The notes under the pieces: model-generated
The model's database searches: none
What the model saw: only the letters and a program-made list of their open reading frames with translations
What the model was told of the DNA's origin: nothing
Shown here: positions 24,150 to 37,857 of the stretch, piece by piece
How the letters are laid out: each line of letters starts with the position of its first letter
How positions within the stretch are numbered: position 1 is the stretch's first letter
Made by a program: the position numbers and the translations under genes
Assembly: GCF_030684315.1 (NCBI RefSeq)
Contig: NC_081396.1
Coordinates: forward strand, 8,051,628 to 8,115,627
Direction: 5' to 3'
DNA: 64,000 nucleotides
DNA from: Stegostoma tigrinum
Taxonomy: Eukaryota

Positions 24150-24900
24150 AGATAGCGTGCTTGGAGGCGTGGAGTACAGACAACAATGTCTCCATCAATG
24201 TCAACAAAATGAAGGAGCTGACCATTGACTTCAGGAAGCAGAGTAAAGGGCGCGCCCCTGTCTGCATCAGTAGTGCTGAGGTGAAGAAAGTCGAGAGGGT
24301 CTAGGAGTGATGATCACCAACAATCTATCCTGGTTCACTCATATCGAATGAATGACCAAGAAATCACAACAATATTTCTACTTCCTCAGGACATGAAGAA
24401 CATTTGGCATGTCCACAAGGACTCAAATGAATTTTTACAGATTCTCAATAGAACGTATTACATCTGGATGCACCACAGCTCAGTTTGGAAACGACTCTTC
24501 CCAAGACCGCAAGAAACCACAAGAGTCGTGAACACAGGCCAGCCTTCCACCTATTGACCTCATCTATATTTCCTTCTAACTTGGGAAAGCAAACAATGTA
24601 ATCAAAGGCCACTCTCATCTCTGTCATACCCTCTCCCACACCATTCCATCGGTTAGAAAATATAAATGTTATGAATAGATTTAAGAGAACAATCTTCACC
24701 ACTGCTCTTAGACTTCTGAATGGAACTCTCTAAATTTTAAACTAAATTTGATCTCTCCCTATGGATCTTATCTGCAGCCATAGCAATTTATTTTTGCTCC
24801 ATTTGATGACCCTATATTCTTTGTACAATACGATCTGTCTGTACTGCACGCGAAACGAAACAATTCACTGTACCTAGGTACGGGTGACAATCACGAAAAT
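24150..24900 (+). mobile_element. Rex1/Babar-like LINE 3' fragment
   Basis: gcgtggagtacagacaacaatgtctccatcaatgtcaacaaaatgaaggagctgaccattgacttcaggaag = AWSTDNNVSINVNKMKELTIDFRK, a Rex1-clade RT C-terminal motif. Confidence 0.6.
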
Positions 24901-26535
24901 AATCAAATCAAATTGAAGAGTCAGCAATGAGGAAAGTCGATGTTTTAAGGCCATTCATTGCAAGAAAAATTTGAATCCATTCGTATACCTTGATTCAAAT
25001 TTGCAGTTTTCATAAAATATAGTACACAGTCTTCCCTGCGCTTAAATAAGGATACGCTCTCCTTCAGATGAAATGCAACAGACATCTGGATCTCAAATCT
25101 GTGCGATGGTAGCGTGGCTTTACGATAAGAGATTGATGATACTGGATCCATAGGCTCAGCAAATGGAATGATGAGAGATTATATCATTCATAAAACATGT
25201 TCAAAATAGTGTACGATTGCTTTATAGATGTTAATGACATTGGTTGAAATGTGGATATATGGCAAAATAGAACAAAGTAAGTGATCAGCCACCATCCAGA
25301 ATGGTGAATCAGTCTCAAGAGGCTGAGTAGTCAGCTTGCACCCCTATGTTTCTACGTTCGTATGGTCACAGCAGCAGAAAACTACGAAATCCAAGATAGT
25401 ATTAACAATAAAGGAGATAAGGAAAGCAAAGACGATGTAGGAAAGGTAAAGCTGGAAAAGTCAAAGAATACTGACATATGTTTTCTTGGTGCTTTTTAAG
25501 GTAATGCTGTTAAGTAAGGAAGTGCTGAGTCGAAGACAAATGGGCATCATAAGGTTCTTACAGAATAATTTGTCTTCACAAAGGAGACAGTTGACAGAGA
25601 CAATGTAATTAAAAAGGATTACAGTAAAATATTAGACAAAATAGTAAAGAAAAAGAAAGCAATGGGGATACTAACTTCCTTGAAAACATACAACTATCTC
25701 CTGGTAAAAGGAAACCGTTGAGGAAATAACAAGGGATAATTTATCAATTCTCACGAGATGCATGTGAGGCACCAGAGAGTTGTAAGTCATCAAATATTGT
25801 TCCAGTATCGGAGTTGGTTTGACAGTGGACCATATTATTATTGGTCAGTTAGTTTGAACTCCACGGAGGGCAAGTTAAGAGAATCAATATTTAGAGATCA
25901 GATGTAATGCCTCGAAAAATGTCATGGTGGAATCAGAGAAAATTTGCACGAATTTGTGAAGTGAACGTCGCATCCTACGAAGTTAAATGGTCTTTTAGTG
26001 TGGTAGGAACAATATGATTCATGGAGATAGTTCTGTGTGTGAGGTCTAAATAGACATAGTGAGGTGATGGCTGAAGTCCAACATGGAAGACTGTTCAGAA
26101 AAATTAAGCCCATGGGATACAGGCGAATCTGACCAGTATGGATACAAAACTATGTCATCGACAGTAAGCAAAGTTTAATACTGGAGAACTTGTTTTTGTG
26201 TGTAAAATCCACATATAAACCACATCTACGAAATTACTGTTAATCCGCACACTTGAGTGCATTTTCAAAATAAAAATTAAAAATGTTAGATGCAACGTCA
26301 CTCTGACAAACCTGTGCTCACTATTATCTGCCTCCTTTGCTTGTTGTCACAACTATGCCACTATGTCATGAATATCCCACGATAGATACATTAATTCCGT
26401 TTCCAAGTTCACTCCGTCCAAACATAAGTGTGTCACATCTCTCATAATTGCCAGTGCCATTGTACTCTAGAACCTTTGTTGAGATTGTTTTCTGAATGTG
26501 GCTCATTTATAACAATATTCATCTTTTGATTGCAG

Positions 26536-26693
26536 ACACCTCTGAAATAATGGAAAGCCCAGAAGACTATGGCACAGAAGAAGATGAACCAGAAAATTTT
26601 AATCAAGATGCCAACAGTTCATTATCCATCATGACTTTCGTGATCTTGTTTATTCTCAGTATGCTGTACAGCACATTTGTAACTGTGCTTAAG
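26536..26693 (+). CDS. IgNAR: IgNAR transmembrane exon TM1
   Basis: Acceptor ttgcag at 26535. Acidic spacer DTSEIMESPEDYGTEEDEPENFNQDANSSLS, then TM IMTFVILFILSMLYSTFVTVLK with the conserved mIg (CART) T-F-xx-L-F-x-L-S-xx-Y-S motif. Donor gtaatt at 26694. Confidence 0.95.
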
Positions 26694-27289
26694 GTAATTA
26701 CACATTTCAGTAGCAATGCATTCAGAGCTGAGATGTTGCTAATCTTCACCTCGTAATGCATATATTTTACTGAAGAATAGATGCTCCTACATAAGAGAAA
26801 GATATTGGGCTTGACTGATTAACTGTCTTCTTGAATATACCTCGTAGATAGAAAGATTGCACAGAAGAATGAATGCAAGCATAAAATACTGTGGTATTTA
26901 GAAACAAAAAATATGCCAGTAATGAGGTAATGCTTAAGTGTTCACTTCGGTTCGTAGAAGGACATAATATAGGCTAAAAAAAGATTTGGTTCGTATTTAT
27001 TGTTAATAAACCAGGGACAGTGAAACATATTGAGACAAGAGTGTATGGAGGAAACAAGTAGATTGAAAAGACTTCACAAATACCTGTTACGAAATGATTT
27101 AGCATCTCCACAACGGAATGAGGAAAACAGTAGTTAATGAAGGATCAGCGACAGATCAGTGTGAAGATATTGGGAACGCTTGGTATGTTTGCACACAAAA
27201 ATGAGAGGCGAATTTATTTGTAACATGCAAGGTTTTTTCCGGAACTTCACAGGATAGATGCAGAAAATTGTTTGTCCTGGTGGGAGAGT

Positions 27290-27900
27290 CATAAGGGTCA
27301 TGAAACACAGAAGAGGAACTTTGACCCATCGAGCCTGCACCAACCTAAATACGCCAATCCCGCCTACCAGCATTTGCAATGAATGTTGTGATAATTGAAG
27401 TGCTCATCGACATTCATATCAAAGGCCTATTCCCTTCCAAGGCTGTGCTTTCGAGATTCCTGTCGCTGTCTGACTGAACAAGTATTTCCTCAAATTCACT
27501 CTAATCCACCTGCCCTTCATTTTACAATAATGTCCCTTCCTCATTGACCGTTCAACTTTGGGAAACCACAGTTTCTTATGAACCCTGTCCATGCCACACA
27601 TAATCATATCCAGCTCATGCAAAGATGTAAAGAAAATAACCAGGAAATATACAGCCAATCTTCATAACTAGAATGGTTCGGGTCCGGTGAATCTCTTGGC
27701 CACCCCCTCTATTGCAACCACAACCTTCCTATTGTTTGCCAAGCAGAACTACACTCAGTTATCTGCTGTGGCCGAAACAAAATTTTATATAGCTCCAATA
27801 TAAACGCCCTGGCCGTAACCCGAATCCTAAACCTATACAATATAGACTGATAAAGGTGAGTGTCCAAGAGGCTTCATTAAAAAAAAGTGCTCAACGACAG
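27290..27900 (-). mobile_element. Decayed CR1 LINE 3' fragment
   Basis: ORF 27419-27658 (-) reads RKGHYCKMKGRWIRVNLRKYLFSQ. Confidence 0.55.
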
Positions 27901-29428
27901 TTGCACAATGTTGAGAATGCGAATTCAATATCTCCGGCATCCTTTATATGAGGAAACTTTTCATCACATCTCTCCTAACAGGTTAGCGTTAATTCTGTTA
28001 TTATCCCTAATAGTTGTATCGTCTGTGATCAACAACATCATTATCATCATCAGATCGTGAGATGTAGTTACTACCTCAATACATCAGCTTCACCTATCTC
28101 AAGAATTGTCTTATTTCACTGAATTTCTCGAAGAGCTCATTTCACCCGCCTTGAATAATTCATCTTTGATAGATCTTCAGCCTAATCCCTGCAACCAACC
28201 CTCGTACGTTTCAGATATTTAGGCACTGCATCGTTCTGGTGACTCTGTGTTATGGAGAATTTATGATAAATGTACCCACCTGGCAGTGTGGCCTGTGAAA
28301 CCAAACACAAAATTAAGAGCTGAATGTAATTATAGCAGAATGTCTCGCTCTTTGAGTCTCACACACACAGCCTTGAATTCGAAATCGGCGTTCTGAAGGC
28401 CACTGCACCCAAAACGTTCACCCTGCTTTCTCTCCACAGATGTTGCCAGATTCGCTGATTTTTTTCCAGCAATTTCTGTTTAGGTTTCAAATTGCCAGTA
28501 TGCACAGTTATTTAGTTTTCTTGATTGATGAGAATGTTTTGTCTGAAAAATATAATTCCTGCATTCCAGGAGTAGTTTGCGAGCAGCTGCAAACCTCATT
28601 TCACAAGATACCTGATTAAGTTAGAGAATTTCAACTTTTTTTGAAATGTTCAACGAGAATGCAAGAGCTTTTTTGCATTTTATTTTTAATCGCTTGTGTA
28701 TTGAATATCCCACACAGACATAAATTGTCATCTGTTGATCTTTTTCAGCAAAACAGGTTCTGCTGGAATTCCCTGCCCTAATTTTCGAAATGTAGTTCTC
28801 ATCAGTTTGTCGTCACATGCTGCAGGGTGTGCTGCTTCGTTTTTTTCATGAACTGGCCACTGAAACACTTTATTCCCCCAGCATTTGTGTAACCAGCAAA
28901 ACATTGTCAACTGCAACCATGGTTTTCATTGAGGAATTTCAAATGACACGCCAGTTGCAGGATCATGGTGTAGAGTGAAAATTAATTCAATTAATTGAAC
29001 AACAGGAATTTATAATTTGTTGATGTTTATAAATCAAATTTGCTCTCTGTTTGGCAACGGTAAATGACTTGACATTTGCCCACACGGGCCTTGATCTACC
29101 TTAATTCCCTTCCTCTCGTTTGATCTGCTGAATTGCCAGAAAAGTTCTCTGCACGCTACTTGCAATGCTTCTAAACTTTTTCTACTGTGAAAACTTGAAT
29201 CTAGGCTCCATTCGTCTTTCTTCCAAGCCCACATTGTTTTTTGCCCTTTGTGTACTTGAAGAAACATTTGACCAGCGTTGAGGCGACCTTGGCATAAGCT
29301 TTGGTCAACCATTTCCAGATCATAAATCAGACTTCTGGATTTCAAAACTATAGTCTGGCTTTTTTTGCGAATGCAATATTGATTATATATTTTATTTAAG
29401 TAATTATTGTTTTTTATTCCCTTTGCAG

Positions 29429-29437
29429 GTGAACTGA
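29429..29437 (+). CDS. IgNAR: IgNAR TM2 exon coding part (VN*), giving cytoplasmic tail KVN
   Basis: Strong acceptor tttttattccctttgcag, then GTG AAC TGA, equivalent to the KVK tail of mIgM. Candidate AATAAA at 30617 and 31119. Confidence 0.85.
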   Translation: MN

Positions 29438-32400
29438 CCACTACTATTGAAGACAAATACATTTGGGTTCATGGAAATTTTATGACTGAAACCTCATTAG
29501 ATACTGATCGCAAATGGAACTGAATTTACTTTTCCTCTCAACTGTATCAACGGTTCCATGGCTTTACTTCAGCATGTGTTCCCATGTCGTCTCAACTTTG
29601 GAATGAGAACTACTTGCATGTTTTCGGTCATAAGGGTTTGCCTTTGCTCTCTTCTATTTAGCTGTTAGTTTTCAAGAAATCCCACGTAACTGCAACAGAC
29701 TGAGGAAATTACACTTCCACAATTAAATAAGCTGAAGGTAAATCTTGGAAATTTGCCACGTAGCAGAATTATATTTTGAAAAAGTGGAGATGTATCTTAT
29801 GTAACTGACCTGTTAGAGATGTGTGCAATATAACTGTGAAACTAGCAATCAGATCAACTTTCCGAATAGATCCAGTAGACAGGCTGTCAAACATATGATT
29901 TTTGGGCAGATAAAAGCCCATTGATTCCACAAGAGGGCTCATTCGCTCCGACAGGAAAAAAAAATACATCATCTAAAAATTGCGTAGAAAAGTTTGGAAA
30001 TATACCTACAATTATGAAGTTTCTTATCACCGCTGTTGTTATTCACAACCTGACTGTGCAAGCCGAAGTTTTCCCCTGTTGCATTTTTATTTGCTCAGTA
30101 CTGAGGCTCTCAGTGTGCAACGTGAGTTATAATTTCTTTTGCTAGAACCAGCAGAGGAAATTTTTGAGAATATCTTCAGTTTGTCGCTGTATACAGAGCC
30201 CAGACAGCACTTAATAGAAGGTCATGTATTACACCCAATTTTATTCCATCGTGGCACAGTCTCAGGATTTGACACTCGCGTAGAAATCTTATTGATACCA
30301 CATACTGGACTGCGCAACACTTATATGCAGAAAAATGTTCCAAATAAGGATCGTTGTTTTCAACCATGCTTATGAATTCCCGTTAAATATGTTGTCAGAC
30401 AATAGTTGCTCCAAATCAATTGCTGCAAGGGATAGTTTCCAACATATTATGAAATGATTCGCTGTCTCTCTCTCCCAAAAAAAGACAAAGCAAAGGCAAA
30501 CCTACAACAGACGCTGTGTAACATCGCAGTTGACATTGAAATAGCAGATTTCGCTGCTGTGTATTGAACTGCAAATCTTCCAAGTTCTATGAAAGTGACT
30601 AGTTGTTATATAAGAGAATAAATCTTGTTTTGAATCAGTCAAGGATTCATTCCTGACAAGAACAGGTTATTCAACCGCTTATGCCAATTTTGTCATTTGT
30701 AAAGCTTCTGTTTGTTGACTACCGTCACTCTGCTCCTCAATGTATTTCCGAGCATTTGAATTAACTTCATTAAAAAGCCTATAATTCCTGTAATTTACAA
30801 AAAAAGAAAGAAATGTCAATAACTTTGGAAACTTGCGATAATTTCCACAAACTTTGGAAATATAATGCTGCCATGTATAGATTTAACTATGTCTTTGCCT
30901 TCAATGTTGCTGTTGTATTTTATTTCGTTATTACCATCATATTCGGTCAACGCCGAGGTGTGAAATGTAACTGTTAATATCTCCTTCATGTTGTCATTCA
31001 GTCAAGTTTTGCTGAATTCCTAGCCTTAAATCAAGCACGTGTTTTCAGAATGCAATTTATTTCCGTTTGTTTCAATGAATATGTCAGTATTCGTCTCATA
31101 TATGGTGCTCCTTGAGCAAATAAAATGAAATTAATCATTTTGCAAACTGAGCAATTGGTGTTCAGAACCCTATTCCTCTACTTCCAATGTTTACTCACAG
31201 TAACAACCATCAGATTGAGACACAACTCATTCCTGAAAAGTGGGCAGCATTGAAAATACCAGCTTTTATTGCTCACATTTAATTCCTCCTTTAGAGGTGA
31301 TAGTGGCCACTTTTCCAAGCTAGGTAGAAGACTGCACAAAACTGTCGACTTGCATTTCAGTATAGCTAATGAAGTGAAGGGGCATTCCCAAGTGCTCATT
31401 GATCCAGTGCATCAGATGACCTTGCGCTTCCAGAGGGTGGAGCAATGTCAGAATTTGCCTCACGGCAAAGAAGAGGCATAGAAGGCCATTGCATCGGCAT
31501 CATGGATTTTAGCTGCCATTAGCATGCAGTCTTCAATTCTTCATTGTTCATGAAGACAGAAATCATTATATCTATCTTTATTGAATTGGTAGTTCTATTC
31601 ACGAATGAATGAAGCAATTGCTCAAAAATTATTAGTAGATCTTGATGCCTTGGTACTGGATATTATGGATCGTGCTGAATTAATTATTTTACGTTCTAGG
31701 AGTGAAATTGGGTTTCTTGATGCAAGAAAGCACATGTTTGAAATTCTGCAGTGGGTACATCCTGAATTCTGTAATTCCTGAAGGGCCAGATCCATAAAAG
31801 TGGCCTCAATTGAGATGCCACGATTCCAGGGACGACATTTAAAATTATTTTTAAAATGTCTTTTGAACAATCTCATAAGACGTCATACCAAAATATTACT
31901 GCAACTGGACACAATGTCAATTTTCAGTGGCACAAAACAAGTAAGTTTGATAGTTCAAAGATTTCTTGGCATCACTCTATAGCTCATTCTTCATGCAATC
32001 CCTTGTTACCTTATGTCTACAGTTTTAAGGTAGGCCTCACATTGCTACTTCCATCGTACTACTAGTTTACAGCAACATTTGCATTTCATGCAGTCCGTGG
32101 ACATTGCGAATGACCCAAAGCCTTAAGAGACAGAAAATGCTATCACCCTCTAAAATCAGATTTCAGTCAGTAATTTACAGCAGTTATTAGCTATACATTC
32201 AAGCATTGTTGAAAGTTATGGGAAAATGCCAAAGCAATCTTTCATCAACATATCCTGCAAGCAAAATCTTCAACATTTTACATGAAATGGTTTCACTCCC
32301 TGTCATGTTTTAGAAACTACGGATAGGGGTTACATAATATTGGATTCCACGAAGTGATTTTGATACCCTGCAGAGTCCAAGAACACAGGTGCAAAACAAC

Positions 32401-32954
32401 TGAATGTGCCATATTAGTTACAATAGCCTGAAATCAAAGCAAATAGATTCAAGGAAGAATGAGATTGAATCTACCATGCGATCTCCCTGATTGCTATTAT
32501 GGTCATATCATGTGAATCTTTGTCCGATTTCAACAACCTGCTTTTTATTAATCACAGAAAACAAAAGAAAACCTGCCAGCAAACCTTTCTTGTATAATTT
32601 CTTTCCTTATTTACAGCATTCAAACTGATCAATTCAATTGGGTACCGCAGAAGTGAAATTCATTTGAAATTATTCCGCTTTTTATCTCAGGAGATAACTT
32701 AGCCCACAATCTTTCTATACTTAGAAAAGAAGTCAAATTTAGTGGATTTCCGGCGGAAAATTACACATTGCAGCATGGTTAGAAATCAATTTATACTGGA
32801 TGTGATGGTACACTCCTGTAAAGACGAATCAGTTGACTTTGTTACCCATGTAGAGACTAACGTGTGCCATTGCATGTCTGAGGAACAGGAGAAGGCATCT
32901 CAGATTGCAACGACAGTACCTCTGTTCACTTAGAACGCAAATAATGTCAGAAAG

Positions 32955-35230
32955 TCATAGAGTTGTACAACAATAGAGACAGGCCCTTTGGTGCAAACTT
33001 GTCCATGCTGATGAAAATGTCTGTCCACGTTTATCCTATTTCCTTGCACTTGGCTCATAAGCTTCTAAAACTTTCCCATTCATGCATTCGCCCAAATGCC
33101 TTTTAAACATTGTTAACTCCTCAATACTTTGGCTGGAAGCTCATTCCAAATGTGCGCCATCCTCTGTGTAAAAAAGTTGCCACTCAGGTTCCTATGTAAT
33201 CTTTTCCCTCTTACCTTAAATTGATGCTGTCTTGGCCTCGATTTCCTAACTTGGGAAAAGAGCTGAGTGTATTCACCCTACCCATGCCTCTTGTGATCTT
33301 ATTTGCATGTATGAGATCCACCCTCAGTCTCCTATGCTCGAAGAAAAACAATTATAGCTTGTTCAACATCTGCCTTTAACTCAATCTCTTGAGTCGAGGA
33401 AACAACCTTGTAAATTTCTTCTGCACTCTTTCCATTTCAACAACACCCTTTTTACTGCAAGGTGACCAAAACCGAACACAAAACTCCACCAAACCCCTGT
33501 ACAACTGCGACATAACTTCCCAACTTCTTTCCTCAATGTCCTGACTGATTAAGGCCAGTGTGCCAAAAGCCTTCTTCACTGCCCTGTCTACCTGTGACTC
33601 CACTTTCAGAGAACTGTGCACCTGAACTCCATCGCCTCTTGAATCTATTACACTACTTAAGGCCCTATCAGTCACCATGAAATTCCTGCCTTGATTAGAC
33701 TTTCCAAAATGAGGCACCTCATACTTTTGTATATTAAACTCCATTTGCCATTTTTTGGCCCATTTCCTGAGCTGATCAAGATTCTGACGCAAGTTCTGAT
33801 AATCTTCCTCACAGTCAACAATACCAACTATTTCAGAGTCATCCACAAAATTGCTAATCATGTCTCCGCAACCTTACTAGTCATGTCTTGTGCATTTCAT
33901 TCAAATCGTTGAGAAAAGTAAGAGACAGAATTGGACCCAGCACCGACCCCGAGGTACACCACGACTCACAGCCCTTCAGTCAGACAAGCATCCTTCCATG
34001 ATTACACTCTGGTACCTAGCATCAAGGCAATTGCATATCCAATTTGCCAACTCTCACTGGATTCCATGCCATCTAACCTTTGAGAGCAGCCTACAATGTG
34101 GAACCTTGCCAAAGGCCTAACTGAAATCCATATAGACCACATCTACCACCCTGTCCTTATCAACCTTCCCAGTCACTTCATCAAAGAACTCTAACAAATT
34201 TGTTAGGCATGATCTCCCACGCACGAAGCCATGCTAACTATTCCTAATCAAACCATACCTTTTGTTTCCTAAACGCATGGATAACTTTCCCTGCGGAAAT
34301 TTCTCAAGCAACTTACCTACCTCAGAAACTAAGCCTTCTGGTCTATAATTCCCAGGATTTTCTTTGTCACCCTTTTTAAAAAGGGCTTGAACTTCACTAC
34401 TCTCCAGTCTTCCGGAATCTCACCGCGGCTAATGATGATGCCACTATATCAGTCAAGGTCCCCACAATTTCTTCTTTAGCTTCTTGTTGGATTCTTGGAA
34501 ATATCTGATCAGGCCCAGATTTATAAAAGCTGAAAGAGCTGTGGATGTGGTAAATCAGGAACAAAAATAGTGGTTCTGGAAAAGCTGAACAGGTCTGGCA
34601 GCATTTGTGAAGAAAAAGAGCAGAGGAGCCCAAACATACACAATGATCAGAGAACACTCACTCTGATTTTTCTTCACAGTTGCTGGCGGACCTGCTGAGC
34701 TTTTCCAGCAACCTCTGTTTTTGTTCCAGGAGTTTTACCCACCTTTATACATTCTTATATGACCAACGCCTCCTCTCCTGTTATTTGGACTGTCCCCAAG
34801 ATATCAACACTAACTCAAGTTCCCAAGTTTTCTTGTCTTCTCCACGGTAAACACAGAAGAGAAATATTCATTGAGGACCTCATCCATCTCCTACAATTCA
34901 CACATGCATGTCCACTTTGATCATTGAGGGGTCCTATGCTCCTTCTGGTCATTCTATTTCCTTTAATATACACAAAGAATCTCTTTGCATCCACACTAAT
35001 CTTCTCAGTGAACACTATTTCATGCTCCCCTTTCGCCTGCCTCATTTCCTTTTTCAGTGAACTCCTGTGTCCCTTGTTTACCTCGAGGGATTCACTTGAT
35101 CCGAACTGCCAGTTTCTGAGCTATGCCTCCTTCTTTTTCTTGTCAAAGCCTCAAAACGCCTTGTCATGGAACGTTTCCTACTCCTACCAAACTTGCTTCT
35201 CGCCCTCACAAGAGCATATAAACCTTGGAC
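32955..35230 (-). mobile_element. CR1-type LINE, 5'-truncated, with RT remnants (interrupted by a palindromic pLTR-derived insert at ~34530-34730)
   Basis: ORF 33376-33861 reads ISNFVDDSEIVG..LQQDLD-like..WAKKWQMEFN..FWSP..ERVQKKFTRL; upstream ORFs resemble the CR1 tether region. Confidence 0.85.
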
Positions 35231-37049
35231 TCTAGTTATCGCAATTTTAAATTCAACCTTCTTGAACTGATTGTGATTCCCTGAATGCTCCGAGGACAAT
35301 TGATCACAATCTTGAACGCATTCACATGACGATGTTGAGCTCTCTGTGCAATCAATTACAATGATTACATAACAACAGTTTGCTGAACATTTCCTGTCGG
35401 TGATTTTTAAACTCACGGATATCTCAAAATGACGAAAAGAAAGCAGGCTCAGGGCATTCTAGACAGGTAAAGGCTCCGAAGATATGCCTTAACAAAACCT
35501 CAAAAAAGCCTAATTATTCCAATTGCAGACATCTCATTCTTCAAAGCGCCGAATAATGTTGGATCGATTTACACAGTCTCACAAAAGAAGCAGTCCTAAC
35601 ACATTCGCTCTAACAATTTTTACTTGAATACAGCATGTAAAAACCTTGTGCCCCGTGAGCTTCCATTCCAAGTTCTCACTAAATTAGTCAAATTGATAAT
35701 GCATGAAAGATGATTTTTTTTAAACACTAGCCCACGAAGAAACATGAACAGACACAGTTATCATGAATGCAAAATAATTTCTTAACACATTGACAACAAC
35801 CGATTAGAGCTGCGACTGATCAGAAAGGACGAAGAACAAAGAACAGCACAGCACAGGATCAGGCCCTTCGTCCTTCCTAGCCTGTGCTAAAACACTCTGC
35901 CCTTCCATACACAAACTGTCTTCACCTACAGGAATTGTATCCCGGTGTTCTGTTACTATATATTTTCCCACCTATGCTGCTCGAATGCTGCTATTTTTCT
36001 GCTTCCACCACCTCCTCCCACAGCACATTACAGGTACTCACGCTCTTTGTGTGGCAGAATTGTCTCGCATTAAACTGCCCCCATGGTATTGTAATATCAT
36101 TATTTATGTTCCCCAAATAGTTCCAAGCCTGTAAATATTCTTCCAATCACATTTCATTCGGTAGGTCGAAATACAGTCATGTGCTTGTGCGAACTGGAAG
36201 CGTGCTGCCCAATAAATGTTTCTTATATACAATTGTACTAAAAGAAAAGCAGCACACAATAATGCTGGGAACTTCCCACAAAATAGAGTATAAATAGAGC
36301 AGACTGGACCGGCACCTGAGTAGATGTAAACAAAATTATCATTTCACATCATGACTTTTGATCAGAACTCTTCTGTTGAAATATCATGACACGAAATGGC
36401 AATCCTGGAAAATGATGCAGCAGCCTCGTAATTCTATCTACGACGATGTGCCTTCTGCCAAAGACTTTACATTTAAATAGTCTGTATGAATCCCATTTCC
36501 AGATTCTTCAATCTCTCCAAAACTTTCTTCGTGTATAATTCGTTCATAATTTCAAAGTTTTTACTAAGTTGGCCAATATTCATAGGCATTCCAATAAAAA
36601 CAAAACTCAAATTTCATTTATTATTTAAATCATTATGTCTACATGCCAGTCAATATTATAATGAGTCTCTGGTGCAAAATCTGAAATCATAATTTTCAAA
36701 CTCTTAGCTGAAGTCGAACACTGAAATTTTATAACCTGCAACATTGGTTGAGATTTATAATTTACTCCAGCATCAGTGTAACCAAGCCGTTCAAGTTTAC
36801 TTTTTCGAGTGTATCAGGTTTTCACCCCCTGCATGCTGAGACATCTCTACCAGAGAAAGCCAGCAAACATCTGCAGATTCACTGAATATTGCCCTTTTGT
36901 TGAAAAACTGCGAACATTCCCAGGAATAATAGTGACTTGCATTGGCTAGTTTTAAGCAAATTGCTTCCATTTATGAGGCTCTCTTTAATTTTCTAATTGA
37001 GTAACGATAAAGTCTACCTTAATAAAACATTCAAATTTTAGCAGCACTC

Positions 37050-37180
37050 GGATGCCATCCAAATAGTTGACATTCTTATCAAATGAAGGTCGTCCAAGAA
37101 GCTAATCATGCGTGTCACCTCGATCCAGCTGAATGCTATTTCTTCCTTCTCTATTCTCTGTTCTGATTTATTTTGATTGA
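37050..37180 (+). pseudogene. Decayed promoter and leader of a second IgNAR cluster
   Basis: atgccATCCAAATa (37052-37065) vs atgccATGCAAATa; ctTATCAA (37075-37082) vs ctTATAAA; aatgctatttcttccttctctattc (ATG 37133) vs aatgagtattttcttgctctcagtcc. No splice donor remains. Confidence 0.65.
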
Positions 37181-37412
37181 CTTCATTGTAATATTCCACA
37201 ATATGCAATTTTGAAAGTCTACGTTTAATTCAGAGCTACTTAATGGTCAAAGTTTTCATTCTTCCAATGGCTGTTTCAGTTTTTATTATAAAAGAAAATG
37301 ACTCAACCAAATAAATTATGCGTTTTTATTGTTATGACCAGGACAAAAGTTTGTACTCATAGACAGGTCTTAACGGAAGCTCAGTTGTCAGAACCGCAGT
37401 ATCGGGGCTCTC

Positions 37413-37657
37413 ACGCCAAGAACGACAATTACTTGGGAGAATCAGTAACCATCAAGTGTGTCCTAACAGACTCGAGCTGTGCATATTGAAACAGCCAAGG
37501 AGATAATATCAATTGGTGGATGATATTTTGTTTCAGTTCCCAAGGGACCAAAAGCATTTTCTCTGTGAATTAGTCACCTGAGAGCTCAAGACAGTGGTAG
37601 CTATAAGCGCAATTCTTGGTGTATTAATGAGTCTGATGGTCTGCCATTACAAAAACA
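37413..37657 (+). pseudogene. VNAR pseudogene (Cys29 type) with destroyed heptamer and surviving nonamer
   Basis: TPRTTIT / GESVTIKCVLTDSSCAY* / TAKEIISIGG*YFVSVPKGPKAFSL*ISHLRAQDSGSYKR: frameshifts, FR2 deletion, stops and Cys83->Arg. Nonamer ACAAAAACA at 37649-37657. Confidence 0.92.
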
Positions 37658-37857
37658 CCTTCAAATCTTCGATGCAACAAATTGAACTTGTTTTATTTTC
37701 TCAGTGCTCAAAATTCATTTTGAGGCTGCCAATTGTGCTGTGGAATAGCAGGAGGCAGATTGTAAATAATTGACGCCAGACTTCAGCAGAGGAATAGAGG
37801 GAGGGGGAGAGGGATGTTTTGGACTGCTATGTAATTTCAAGTAACGTGCGACCCATT

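Noticed and set aside
37203-37210. ATGCAATT as the pseudo-cluster octamer
   Set aside because: Its context aligns to the leader intron (tgtgcaatgtt); the true octamer homologue is at 37057-37064.
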